A program made the translations under genes and the position numbers. Below are positions 13,014-25,619 of a DNA stretch of 64,000 bases, piece after piece. The number at the start of each line of letters is the position of its first letter. Positions within the stretch are counted from its first letter, which is position 1. The notes below the pieces were generated by a model. The model did not search any database, was not told where the DNA came from, and saw only the letters and a list, made by a program, of their open reading frames with translations. Source of the stretch: Vicugna vicugna (lineage: Eukaryota); assembly GCA_013265495.1 (NCBI GenBank), contig MU058796.1, positions 186,001 to 250,000 on the forward strand. The letters are read 5' to 3'.

Positions 13014-14132
13014 TATGTCAAACTAAAAACCTTCTATACAGCAAAAGAAACAACAGGATGAGGAGGCAACCTGCAGAATGGGAGAAAATCTTTGCAAACC
13101 GTATATCAGATAAGGGGTTAATATCCAAAATATATAAAGAATTCATACAACTCAGTAGCAAATGATAATAATCTGATTTTTAAAATGAGCAGAGGACCTG
13201 ACTAGACATTTTTCCAAATAAGACCTACAAATGACCAACAGGTACATGAAAAGATGCTAAACATCACTGAAGATCAGGGAAATGCAAATTAAAACCTCAA
13301 TGAGCTATCTCGTATCTGTTAGAATGGATTACCAAAAAGATGAGGGATAATAAGTGCTAGCAAGGATATTGAGAAAGAAAACCCTCATGCACTATTGGTA
13401 GAAATGTAAGTTGGTACAGCCGTTGTAGAAAACAGTGTAGAGATTCCTCAAAAATTAAAAATAGAGCTACTGTATGACTCAGCAATTCTACATTTGCATA
13501 TAGATCCAAAGGAAACAAAATCTCTGTCTCCCAAAGATTTCTACATCCCTGTATCCATTGAATTATTATTTATAGTAGTCAAGGCATGGAAACAACATAA
13601 GTGTCCACTGATAAAGAGTAACAGAATATTACTCAGCAATGAAAAAGAAGGAAACCCTGCCATTTGTGACAACATAGATGAACCTTGAGGCCATTATGCT
13701 AAGTGAAATAAGTCAGGCAGAGAAAGGAAAATATTGTATCTCACTTATTTGTGGAACCTATAAACAAAAACAAAGCTCATAGTAACCAAGAGTAGAATGG
13801 TTATCACCAAGGACTGGGGTTGGAGGAAATGGAGAAATGTTGGTCAAAGGGTATAAACTTCCACTTATAAGATTAATAAGTTCTAAGAATCTAATATTCA
13901 GCATGGTGACTACAGTTAACGATACTGTAGTATATACTTGAAAATTGCTAAGAATACGGGTCTTAAATATTCTCACCACAAAAACTTGTAATTATGTCAG
14001 GTAATGGATGTGTTAACTAACCTTATTGTGGTAATCATTTTGTAATATATATGTGTACCAAACCACCACATTGTATATCTTAAACTTATATGATATCCTA
14101 TATCAATTATATCTTAAAAAATACTAGAAAAA
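13014..14132 (+). mobile_element. L1 3' end (L1MA9-like), 5'-truncated
   Basis: ORF2 remnant RQPAEWEKIFANRISDKGLISKIYKE (ORF 12956-13165) plus L1MA-type 3'UTR 'ggtcaaagggtataaacttcc...gttaactaaccttattgtggtaatcatttt...tcaattatatcttaaaaaa'. Confidence 0.92.
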
Positions 14133-14395
14133 TGAAGTTTTAAAGAAGGGGGCTAAAAAGAAAATCTTATTAATGGGAAATACATTCTGATAAGTCAAAT
14201 TAATTTCAATCTCAGTTAATTTAAGTAATGGAATTGGTTAATAGCATCAAATTAGGATTAAAGAAAGAAAGAAAAATTAATTTTCCCAAGTTGCTTTAAA
14301 ACAAAATATTGACTGGCTGATGCCACATTCCATCAATCTGATTATGCTGTACATAATAAAGCATACCTCCATGAGAAAGGAAAAAAGGAATTGCA

Positions 14396-14486
14396 AGCCT
14401 TCGATGGGCAGACATTTAAAGCAAGTGCTGAGTCCTATGGACCTGAGGCCCTGTGCGTGAGCTTTATACCCATGAAGCCAGCTGTG
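14396..14486. mobile_element. hAT-Tip100 (MER115/Zaphod-like) right terminus
   Basis: 'gaggccctgtgcg...cccatgaagccagctgtg' matches the recalled family terminus and is a degenerate inverted repeat of the left end at 12270. Confidence 0.6.
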
Positions 14487-17272
14487 TCAGCTTTATATAG
14501 AGCACACCAACAGACAATGTGGAAACCACAAATGAGGGTATTGCCACCTCACAAGGAATGTCACACATGCTGTTCCTTCATTTATTTTCCAGGTATACCT
14601 CTGACATAACCTTTATCAGGTGAAAGATTCACCAAGAATATATATTAAATATTAGCTTGAAAATAGCTTCAGGATTTAGATTGAACAACTAAGCTCAAAT
14701 GCTCCCAGCCTGTGTATCCTTTTTCTTTAGGCTCAATTCAAGAAGCTTTTGATCCACTAATGGGTGGGTGGTTCATCCATCTTTTAAAGTGTGCAATATC
14801 GTAGCTCCTCTTCCGCCTTCTCATGCTGAACACATTTTGGTTAAAGTTGCCTTTTGCCTCCTTCTTTCTTTCAACCACTGCCATATTTCTTGAGTATCAG
14901 GTCCCTGTCCTTCATTATGATTAAAATCTAGAGTAATGGAGTATCCCAACTGCCGAAATTAATTGGAGATTACTGCACAAAAACACATAAGGTAACAACT
15001 CTGCCAGTAATTCTGAAACCCCATTAACCGCATCTTAGGGTCTGGTGGACTTTACTTCTTCTCGTGGGGACGATATGGTCCTCCTTCTGCTCAAGGTGTA
15101 TTGTCTTCTTTTCGTGGAAAATCATGAAAAAAATACATAAGCGACATGACAAAAAAAGATGTTGCCTCTGGTAGTACAGACACAAAAAAGCTGCTTCCGG
15201 CACACTCCTTTTATACTCCATCTATTGTATTGACCTTCTGCCCTATTCAGATACATGCTTTGTAACTGATGTGGAATATACAGCATTTTGACAGACAGTT
15301 CATATAAATGCACTGTAAACCTGGTGCCTGCCTGCATTGCAGTAGAAATCATATTACCAGATTCCTAACAAGAAGCATTATGATGTTAGAAACTGTTTTT
15401 TTTTAATGAATGGAAAAAGACCCCTTTACACAGAGCCCAAAGAACTAGTTCAAATAACAAAGCCCTATTTTCCATCTTTTATGTAAAGCAAATGGATTAA
15501 CAACTGGCACGAAGCTGAACTGACACCCTGACTCGCTGTGCCAGGCAGACTCTCTATTGAATTGTCTGCACCAGCCATTTCTTGTGTGCAAACAGGAGGA
15601 ACTTGTTCAGGCAGCAGCACTCTGAATGGTATGTGAGGATTTAGTGAAATACATGCTGAGGACAGCTTTCTTAATCCTTTCAAGTCTGCCCAACAGAGGG
15701 AATTCCGGGGTGACAGATGAAGGAAGCCTCTTCACTGCATACAGTCAAGTCCACGGGAAAAAATTTGTGGAGCATTGTTTCACATTCAGTTTCTGCTCAC
15801 CAAACAAACAGCACTGTTAGGAGAAAACGTTAAATGAATGATGGTACTAAACAGGCTGGTGCTACCCACTGATTAAAGTGTCATGATGCCTCTTTAGAAA
15901 TCAAAAGAGTTATCCTGCTAATGAACTAAATTAGACTGAACTAACATTCATGCTAATAATTATCACTTACAGAGCTAGCTGTGTTAGGAGTGATAATGAT
16001 CATGTGAAAAATGAATATAATAATATTTCTCAGGTGCATATCCTGCCATTTAAAACAGATTCAACAGAAACATGCAAGTACCCCAGCAGCCCAATTCTGA
16101 AGACTGGAGGGAATTTTTCCAGAGTAAGGATGGTAGATTAGGTCCTAGGTGAGTAATGAAAAGAGGGCTGAGAAACAAAATTCCTTATTAGAACCAGAAG
16201 TGTTAACCTGACAAACACATTCATTCAAACTACTTAATACTATATATGAAATACATATGGTACTCATTTTCCCTTAAAATGAGCCATGGTAAAACACAAT
16301 TTTATATTTTCAAGGCTAGAACCAGGGAAGATATGCATTGGTGATAATATTGATTTTTTTAAAAAATTCTACTGAAAGGCCATTATTAGACATAGGTTGT
16401 ACTTACAGTGAAAACAGAGCTGCTTTTAATCCCCTGAGGGGAAAAGTTATGTTGGCTACTTTTTGTCATTGTCAAGGTGTAGAAAGAATGAAAAATACTT
16501 TGGTGTATTTCATTATTAGTACACATGAACAGTTTGAACTCTCCATTATTGGATTGTCTTTTTTCATAGTCAGTGCCTTTTTCAGGCTTCTTTTAAAAAA
16601 CTATTTGACAGGAAAAAAATAGCTTTCTTGGTTTGATATGTGAGTATATACAAGTTCGCACAAGTTTTCAGAAGAAAGTAAATGAAGAGCATGCCCTGCA
16701 AGCTTAATCATATTAACTCTGAATAAATCAAAGCTTCAAATTTTAACTATCTTAACACTAAATGTGAATGGTAAACAAAGATGATCTGGAGATATTTCTT
16801 GATCTTGGATAAAATTTTTTAATAAATAAAATCTATCCCTACCCCTCAAGGTAAAGTTTATATTGTATCTAAAACAATATGAAATATCTCAGCTACAGCC
16901 AGATGCTGTCACTCGACAATTTTGAATGTGGAATAAAACTCTTCCAAAGTAAGTTATCATGGGCAATCAAAATGCTACTGGTACCTTGAGGAATGTTGTC
17001 TCCCTTTCAACTAAGACCACAACAAAAGACCACAGACTTTTTAATACACAGATGATTAGGGAGTTTTAGGATGGCTTCTTTAATATTTCACTTCTCTAAA
17101 ATTATTGTTGTTAAAAATTATAAGTAACTTGCACCTTTATTTCCTTTGTTAAGGGAAAAGGAAGTGGCCAAAGGATTTTTTTAAATTAGTAATCTCACTT
17201 TTTCCATCAAAGTTTAATTGCATGATATGATTACATTTTCCACATGTTTCTTCTGTGTTGCTTTGTTTTAAG

Positions 17273-17281
17273 GCAGGCAAG
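17273..17281 (+). CDS. Candidate 9-nt microexon GCAGGCAAG (host gene unidentified)
   Basis: AG-free stretch 17213-17270 ending 'tttcttctgtgttgctttgttttaag', UGC at 17259-17261, donor AAG|GTGAGT; open in all three phases (AGK / xRQx / xQAx). Confidence 0.5.
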
Positions 17282-18363
17282 GTGAGTCAAAAAACCATAT
17301 TTCATGTGAATATTTGACTTTGACACTATTTGGGCCAAATTACTGAGAAAACAATGTTCTGGAAATGATTTTTTTTGTTGTTAAATCAATAAAGTGTCAG
17401 GATAGGCCTTAGTGAATCAAGCAAGCATGTTTTTCAAATTATTTTAGGAAGGGATGGGGAGTTGTAAAATCCACTTTTTAGATCTCAATATTCTGTAATA
17501 GCTTTTTCCATTTTTTTCTTTGGAGAATGCTGTCTTTAATATGTAGTTGTTTGTCTATGATGTATGTCTTTGTGAACTGACTATGGGTTTTACCTCATCC
17601 TGCTGAATGAGCAAACCAAGTGATTTTTAAAACATCTACATTTTAATATGTGAGTCTCCAGCCTGCTGTGTGTAGTGTTCAACAGTTTATAGTGTGATGT
17701 TTCATATCAGTTAAAAAAAGATTAGAAAATTGGATTAAAGAGTATGTTTCCTTACAATCAACTGTAAAGAGACTAAGGTCCTGTAACAGATTTCTTCTTC
17801 TTTCTTTCTTGGCCAAGAAGACTATGTGAATGCAAATTGCTTTATTGGTGAAGGGAATTAAAATTATAAAAAGCCAGGCTTAAAGAAGTGCAAAATCAGG
17901 GCTGTGTCAGAGCAGGGACAATATAATTGTGGTATGGATTCCCATATGGGACTAAATTATCTAAATTTTAGTAACATCAGCAGTTCTGTGTACTTGCTGG
18001 AATGCAGCCAATGTGCCATATTTGCTTCATTTTTTAAAGATGGTTCTGATTCTACACAATTTTAAATATGCAGAAATCTAAAATTGTTCAAGTATTTTGG
18101 TGGCACTTCTCAGATGCATGTCTTTGCATGTCAGGAATTTTATTTGACTATTAAACAGAAAGTGACACTGATGTGGCTCTATTCTTCTAAGCAAAATGCC
18201 ATTTATTCTCATTCCTATCTAGGCTATAAAGTCTTCCCAGTAGGGGAAAAATACCCTCTTCTGTGAGTACATATCAAGGTTGTCTTCCTTTACAGTGTAC
18301 CATTCAGTAACACTGTTTTGTAGCAACTCAATAAAGCTGATAGTTTTTCTGGGTAATTACCCA

Positions 18364-18379
18364 CAGCCCCCTGCAGGAC
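18364..18379 (-). promoter_or_regulatory. CTCF-like motif
   Basis: Reverse strand reads GTCCTGCAGGGGGCTG; two mismatches to the CCASYAGRKGGCRS core. Confidence 0.3.
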
Positions 18380-21109
18380 AAATTAGCATTCATGACCTGA
18401 ATAATGCTTACTAGAAAGAGTTCAATGGAATTTACTTAATCAGAATCATTGCTTTCTCTTGGCTAATTTTTTTTACCTAATCCCCAATGCCAGCTAGTAG
18501 CAAATATCTTTCAAGCCAGTGTTTGATACCTGATAGAGAAAAAAACTGAGTCTTTCAATTTTGTAATTCTTTGCGTGTCTTGGGAAAATGTACTTTTTAT
18601 ATATAGTGAGAGTGAAAAATTAAGATATCTATGTTCCTTAACATTTTCTAATTGTATTTATATGTTTTTTTCTCTTTTTAATGCTTATTGGTTTTAGAAG
18701 GGAAAAAAGAGAGAGTACTCATTTTCTAATAATCTCCCAACAGTTTCTTAATTTGTTAACAACTGGTCATGGTTTTAGAGTGGATGCTTTATAATACCTC
18801 TGTATCCTGGGCATTAGAAATTAGAGAATTTTTTCTAGACAATGGGTGTTGTTTTTAACAATTTATTTTTATTTTATTTGTTTTTAATGCTTTGTTTGAT
18901 AACTTGGAAGTATCGAGGAATGTAGTTATTAGGATATTAGAAGATATGAGGAGAAAGTAGCATTAATTGAACTTCCAGTACGTAAAAACACTTTGCCTGA
19001 TAAACTGTTATTCTGTTGCATTGATTCTTGAAGTGGTACAGTGAGGAAGGTGCTAGTATCTCCATATTTACAAAAGAAGAAAATGAGTTTCAGAATATAA
19101 AGTACTTACTCCAGTTTATAAATGTAGTAACCAAAACATAATTCAGAGACTGCCTGAATAGAAAGCTTATACTTGTGTGTGTGGCTATGTGTAATAATTT
19201 TGCAGTTTTAGAAAGGCAAGAAAAGGAAGTCCTAAACCAATTCCATTTACTGAATTTCTAATTTGGAAAAGACTCCTAATGTGGAAGAAGACATGGTCCT
19301 AAAATGCAGTTGCAAATCAATGTCTGTGAAGGACAACACAGTATTCTGATAAGGATAGAGTGGCCCATAGCAATGAGATCTTCCTCTTAGAGGTATTTTA
19401 GCCCATTTCTCCTCCTTCTTGTCATCTTTTGTAAATTCCACAGTTCAGCAGAACAAAAGGCAGGAGTAAACAGCTGGGACAAGGGGTTCTTCAGTGGAAC
19501 TTTACGGAGGGTTGGGAAGTAGTCCAGTTAAATTAAGCTAAAGGACAAAGGTGTGAGATAAAAGCTAAAAATAACAAAACAAAACCAGGGAGGTCCATCA
19601 GTGTTTCTATGTACTTAACTCAGTGGAGACACAGGAACTTCTGAAGGATGGGAGAACTTGTCTGGAGGTTTAGTTTGTATAACAACCTCACAGTTTTTAC
19701 TTAGGTGGTATGAGTGTTTGGGTTTACATATTGTGTTTGCTTATTGTTTACTTACTGCATGTTTATTGGAGGTGACTGTAGGGGAAGCTGATAGAGATTA
19801 AATAGGGTACTTAGAGCCCCAGAAAGAAATCTCTTGGCTCCTTCACTGATTAGATTCCATCCTTCAAATATATTTAAACAGTTTAATACAACAAAAAGGG
19901 GGATTCACTCATTCAGGCCCCTGTGTATGCAGAGGCCAACTTATTTTGGTGCTTAATTAAGTTTCCCGGGGTGCAAAATGGTTATCCCATTTCTGAATCT
20001 AAATAAATAAAAATGTTTTTTCAACTTTGGGGGTTTCAGAAAACCCACAACACATTTTTGCACAGATTTTCCTTCCAAACACTAGAATATTGCAAGGAAA
20101 ATTCAATCCATATGTTTCATATTTACTTAGAGTTGTATCAGAATCTTGTGTTGCAATTGACATTTGCTGTTCATGAAGTTTTCTGAATGCTTTTTATTTC
20201 CTTCTAACTCAAGAACAGAAAGTTGATTTGTCAAGCTTATATGTACTAAAACCTCAAAATATTAAATTTGGGTTGAAGACAACAGACTTAAAATTCTGTA
20301 TCAGGCATAAAATTTAATAAAGCATTTGTCTTGCTATTTCTATAATGTTGTGTATTTGCAGATATGCATATTCCTGGCAATTTGGAGCACATAGATATGT
20401 ACTTTTGATATTTACATGGTGAAGTGAAAATGGAAAAGATACAGTGACAATTTTTTTAAAAATTCTGGTACTCTTTTCTGATTTAAATATTAACAGTATA
20501 TTGTGTGTAATTTAATGCAAAAGATATGTGCAGTGACAGCCTATATCTAATCTTCTCCAATCCTTGAAACAACCTCAGTTCAATCTCTGATTGGTATTTT
20601 GAGTTCTTCATCTCCTGCCAGTGTGCAGGAGATGATATATTTTTCTGGTCAATGGTGTCCCTCCCTATCACAACACAGACACATAATGCTGGGAGGACAG
20701 GCAAGAGTGAAAATAAATAATTAAAATTGCAATGTTAGTGTCTTAGACAAGGCAGTATAAGAGAATCTTTTTTGTTGCTGTTAATGCTATTTTAAAGGTT
20801 TGTAAAACGACTACTCCCCTTTATTCATGGCTACTAATGTGGTTCTGCCTCTGCTTAGAACATGACAATGGTGCCTTCCAACCAGAATCTGTTCAGAGAG
20901 GCATTGCATTTCTAAGGAGCCAAGTGCCTCGGGGGGAAAAATGTTTTCTGTTAGTACAAAATAACTAACAATGTTCTGGAATTTGTTTATGGCAGTGTCT
21001 ACAGACAGTGTAGAAGTGGGCCATTCACTTTGTTTGTTATATGATTTGCATGCTCAGCCTCTTTTATAGTTTTCACTATTTTTCCTTTCAGTGTTTCCTC
21101 TTTTAGAAC

Positions 21110-21615
21110 AAAAATATGTAGAAAAATAATCTCTCAGTGTAGAAAAAATTTTGAAAAACTGTAGCCAGGAGAAAAAAAATTCCTGAAACCTCTCTTCCCA
21201 AAGATAACTACCATTTCCATTTGTCATATATGTCCCTCCATTATATTTTCTATACATAAACATGCATGCTTTATATTTTTTATAAAAAAAATGAGATCAT
21301 ACAGCACATACTATCTTATTCATTGGCTTTCCTGAGCAATAGAAGATTGTGCTATATTGTAAATGGCTGTATGGCATTCCATTGTTGGAATGAAGTATTA
21401 ATCATCCAAATATTCAAATATAATCATTCCAATTTGAAAATTCAAAAATTTAACTTTCAGTTTGTTTCAGTATATTGGCTACATAAATAATACTACAAAT
21501 ATCATCTTTCCTTTAAGTCTTTGCCCATGTCAGTAATTATTTCCTTAGGATAAATGTCTAGAATTGAAATGATTAATCAAAAGATTAAGGCTTTTGAAGC
21601 ATGTTTACAAAAATA
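21110..21615 (-). mobile_element. Old L1 (L1ME/MD-like) 3' fragments
   Basis: Antisense motifs 'aaatgagatcatacagcacatact', 'atggctgtatggcattccattg', 'ttccttaggataaatgtctagaattgaaatg'. Confidence 0.65.
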
Positions 21616-22145
21616 GCATACACTTTACATTTTTTTTTCTTTCAAAATGACAGTGGATGTATAGCTCTGTCTCCATGACTTCATCTTACCTTTGTAAGGA
21701 CCATTCACCCACCCTTGCAAGAGGGCTGGAAGTTTGGGGATGTAGCATGTGGTAGTGACCATGAAAGAAATGTAGGCTGAGAAGTCCAAAGGGGTTAAAA
21801 TACAAGTATTATTCCAAGACTCCTTCTTGATATTTAAATTCCTGTATTTCCTTCCTGCATTTTCCTGTATCATTTTCTTGCATTTTACTCAAGACCTTTA
21901 TCAACTCTCCAAAGTATTATCTGACCTTTAGGATTTATTTTAGGACTACTCATGAGCCCATGTGTTTTCCATGAATATAGACCATTTTTATAGTAAACTC
22001 TAGTTGTTTGATAAAATACTTAATTTTAAGAAATATTTTCAGTGAATGAAAATTCTAATAAGTTCAGCATTGACCAACTTTTATGTGGGGGAATAAATCT
22101 CTGTTTTGGCTTAGGAGACAAGACAGAAAGAGCTAAGTGGAAATA

Positions 22146-22198
22146 TATGTTATATATATGTATATGTACACATATACATATATATACATACACATACA
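22146..22198 (+). repeat. TA/CA-rich degenerate microsatellite
   Basis: 'tatatatatgtatatgtacacatatacatatatatacatacacatacac'. Confidence 0.85.
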
Positions 22199-22204
22199 CC
22201 TTTC

Positions 22205-22382
22205 AGCAAAAGACCCAATGTTTACACCCAATCCTCCGTATATTCACTGTGTGACTTTAAACAAATGGCTCAAGCTGTCTGAGTTTCAGACACTGATAAT
22301 ATCATCTTCATGCCATCGTATAAGAAGTCAGTGGTGCTGGTGAAGCATCTTGCTTGCAGTGAGTGCTTAATAAATAGTAGAT
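22205..22382 (+). mobile_element. MIR SINE (internally deleted)
   Basis: 'ctgtgtgactttaaacaaatggctcaagctgtctgagtttcag' and tail 'agtgagtgcttaataaatagtag'. Confidence 0.7.
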
Positions 22383-22464
22383 ACTTTAGATATATTTAGA
22401 CAGGGAAGGTGCAAGATACTCATTGAAGGTCATTTTAAATGCCTTTGGCCCATTTTCAGCCATA

Positions 22465-22830
22465 GGTCATATTGATTAAGAATTGTGTTCTGTTACAAAT
22501 AACAAAAATAGTAATTTAAACAAATAAGAGACATTTTTCCTCCCATATATTCCCACGTCCAGAGGTAGGATTTGTTGGTGTTGATTAGTGGCTTAAGGTG
22601 TCAGAACCAAGCTGCTTGAGATTAACTAAGCCTTTTCCCTGGGTCATCAACATATGGCTGCTATTGCTGCTTTAGTCTCATGTCCTCATTTCAGGAAAGA
22701 AGAAGGTGGAGGTGACCTCAAGGGAGATGAGGGATCCATATGAGAAGCCCAGAGCAGACTGGGAATATCTCATTGATTTTGCCACTCCTCACTGCAAGGG
22801 GGGTTTGGAGAGCTAGCACTTGCTTTTCTA
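22465..22830 (-). mobile_element. MaLR LTR (MLT1J/K-like)
   Basis: 'tagtaatttaaacaaataagag', 'atatggctgct', 'tcatgtcctcatttcagg', 'cactcctcactgcaagggggtttggagag' are typical antisense MLT1 motifs. Confidence 0.6.
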
Positions 22831-23430
22831 AAGAAAACCAGAGTAATCATCTGCCTACCAAAGATGACTTTTCCTCTCTCTTACTATACCTCTTTCTCTT
22901 ACCTGCTTCCTGTCTGAGAGAGTAGGCTCAGTTGGCATGGTTTGAAGGATGCTGCAAATCCCACCCCAAAATTCTTCCTCATCTTCCAGTTTCTGTTAAT
23001 GCCTAAAATTTTATAATCAGTGAATTAAGCTACCACCTCCTTTATGTTAAAACACATTTACCTTTGGAAAGAAAATTAGCACAGTGCTTCATTTCTGTTA
23101 TTAACACCTTAGATAATCAATGAGTTCATTGATTAGATCCCTTTTAAGAGGAAATTATTCAAAACCAAGTTTTCAGCTAAGGAGGATGGAGAGCTCAATT
23201 CTAAGCAACAGACATCAATCAGGCAGGCATAGAAATAGGTGAGAGGAAACGAAGAGCAGGAAGGGCAATGTGAAGACACTAAGAGGGAGCAGGAGCTGTT
23301 ATAAAATAGTAGATAAGCACATCAGAAAGAAATGTCACCTTCTTCACAGTTTGTCCTACAAATAGTTTGTTTGCTCTTTTCTCTTTAGAACTCAATACTG
23401 GTGAATATATCTGATCACACATAGAACTTT

Positions 23431-23841
23431 TTTTTTTCTGTTTTATTTCACTCTTTCCCATTTTTCTTTAAATTGAAGTATAGTCAGTTTACAATGTTGT
23501 GTCAGTCTCTGGTGTACAGCATATTTCAGTCATACATATACATACATATATTCATTTTCATATTCTTTTTCATTATAGTTACTACAAGATATTGAATGTA
23601 GTTCCTTGTGCTATACAATATAAACTTATTGCTTATCTATTTTATATATAATAGTTAGTATCTACAAATCTCAAACTCACAATTTACCCCTTCCCACCCT
23701 CTCCGGTAACCATAAGTTTGTTTTCTATGTCTGTGAATCTGTTTATGTTTTCTATATAAGTTCTTTCTCTTTTTTTAGATTCTACACATAAGTGATTTCA
23801 TATGGTATTTTTCTTTCTCTTTCTGGCTTACTTCACTTAGT
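23431..23841 (-). mobile_element. L1 3'UTR and poly(A) (non-inverted part of a 5'-inverted L1)
   Basis: Same 3'UTR family as 9672-10477 ('aattgaagtatagtcagtttacaatgttgtgtcag...tggcttacttcacttag'); poly-T at 23428-23437. Confidence 0.92.
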
Positions 23842-25374
23842 TTAAAACAAAGGCTATAAAGAAAGATAAAGAAGGACACTATATACTGATTGAAGGAGCA
23901 ATGATGAGGATATTTCACTTGTTAACATATATGCACCCAATATAGGAGCACCTAAAAGTATAAAACAAATACTAACAGACATAAAGGGAGAAATTGATGG
24001 GAATACAATAATAGTAAGAGACTTTAACACCCCACTAACATCATTGGACAGGTCTTCCAGACGGAAAATCAATAAGGCAACAGAAATACTAAATGACACA
24101 ATAGAACAGTTGGACTTGGTTGATATTTTTAGGACTTTATGTCCCCCCAAAACAGAGTATACATTCTTTTCGAGTGTGCATAGAACATTCACACTTGATA
24201 GACCACATACTCGGGCACAAAAGAAATCTCAACATATTTAAGAGGATAGAAATTATTTCAAGCATGTTTTCTGACCACAGTGGCATGAAACTAGAAATCA
24301 ACCACAGAAAAACAAATGAGAAAAAAACGACTACATGGAGACTAAACTACATGCTACTAAAAAACCCCATGGGTCAATGATGAAATCAAAGAAGAAATTA
24401 AGCCTGAGACACACAACAATGAAAACACAACCACACAACATCTGTGAGATGCAGCAAAAGCTGTCCTAGGAAGGAAGTTCATAGCGATACAGCCTTCCTC
24501 AAAAAACAAGAACAATCTCAAGTAAACAAGCTATCACCTAAAAGAATTAGAAAAGAGCAAACAAAACCCAAAGTCACCAGAAGGAAGGAAATAAAAAGAT
24601 CCGGGAGGAAATAAATTAAATAGAGATTTTAAAAAAATAGAAAACAATCTATTAACCCCAAAGCTGGCTTTTTCAAAGAGTAAACAAAATTGACAAACCT
24701 CTGACCGAGCTCACCAAGAAGAAAAGAGAGAGGACACAAATAAACAAAATAAGAAATGAAAATGGAGAAATTACAACACCACAGAAATACAAAAAATCAT
24801 AAGAGAATACTATGAAAAACTATATGGCAATAAATTGGACAACATGGAAGAAATGGACAAGTTTCTAGAAACATACAGTCCACCAAAACTGAATCAAGAA
24901 AAAATAGATCATTTGAACAGACCAATCACTAGAAATGAAATAGAATCAGCAATAAAAAAGCCTCTGTAAATAAAAGTCCTGGACCAGATGGCTTCACTGG
25001 TGAATTCTACCAAACATATAAAGAAGAGCTTATACCAATCCTTCTCAAACTCCTTCAGAAGTTTGAAGAGGAGAGAATACTCCCAAACTCATTCTGTGAA
25101 GCCACCATCACCCTTGATACCAAAGTTAGACAAAGACACTACCAAAAAAGAAAACTATAGGCCAGTATCGTTGATGAACAAGGATGCAAAAATCCTCAAC
25201 AAAATATTAGCAAACAGAATCCAGCAACACATAAAAAAGATTATACACCACGATCAAGTTGGGTTCATCCCAGGGACGCAAGGGTAGTTCAACATACTCC
25301 AGTCAATGTGATACACCACATCAACAAGAGAAAGGACAAAAATTGCACGATTATCTCAATTTATGCAGAAAAAG
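23842..25374 (+). mobile_element. L1 ORF2 fragment (endonuclease to start of RT), frameshifted; inverted part of the same insertion
   Basis: Translates to [96 protein letters not shown]; many stops and frameshifts. Confidence 0.95.
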
Positions 25375-25619
25375 CACATTGAACTTTATATTATATACAA
25401 CTCAACACACCAAACCACACAAAAGAAAACTAGCCCAACCTATGTTAGATCCTGCTCCAAGTTCTATTTTATGCGAAGCCCAAAGCAGCTACACTATCCA
25501 GAGGGATGGGAAGTGTTGGCTACACAGGCTGCCACTCAGTTGAAAGTCTTCTGATTTGTTGTTAAAGTACTAAGAAAGAAAGTTTCATCTAAACATCTTT
25601 TTTTTAACACAACAGAAAC

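Noticed and set aside
17818..17847. 30-nt frame EDYVNANCFIG resembling the PTP DYINA motif
   Set aside because: Donor GTGAAG is poor, there are no other PTP-domain exons, and chance similarity is likely
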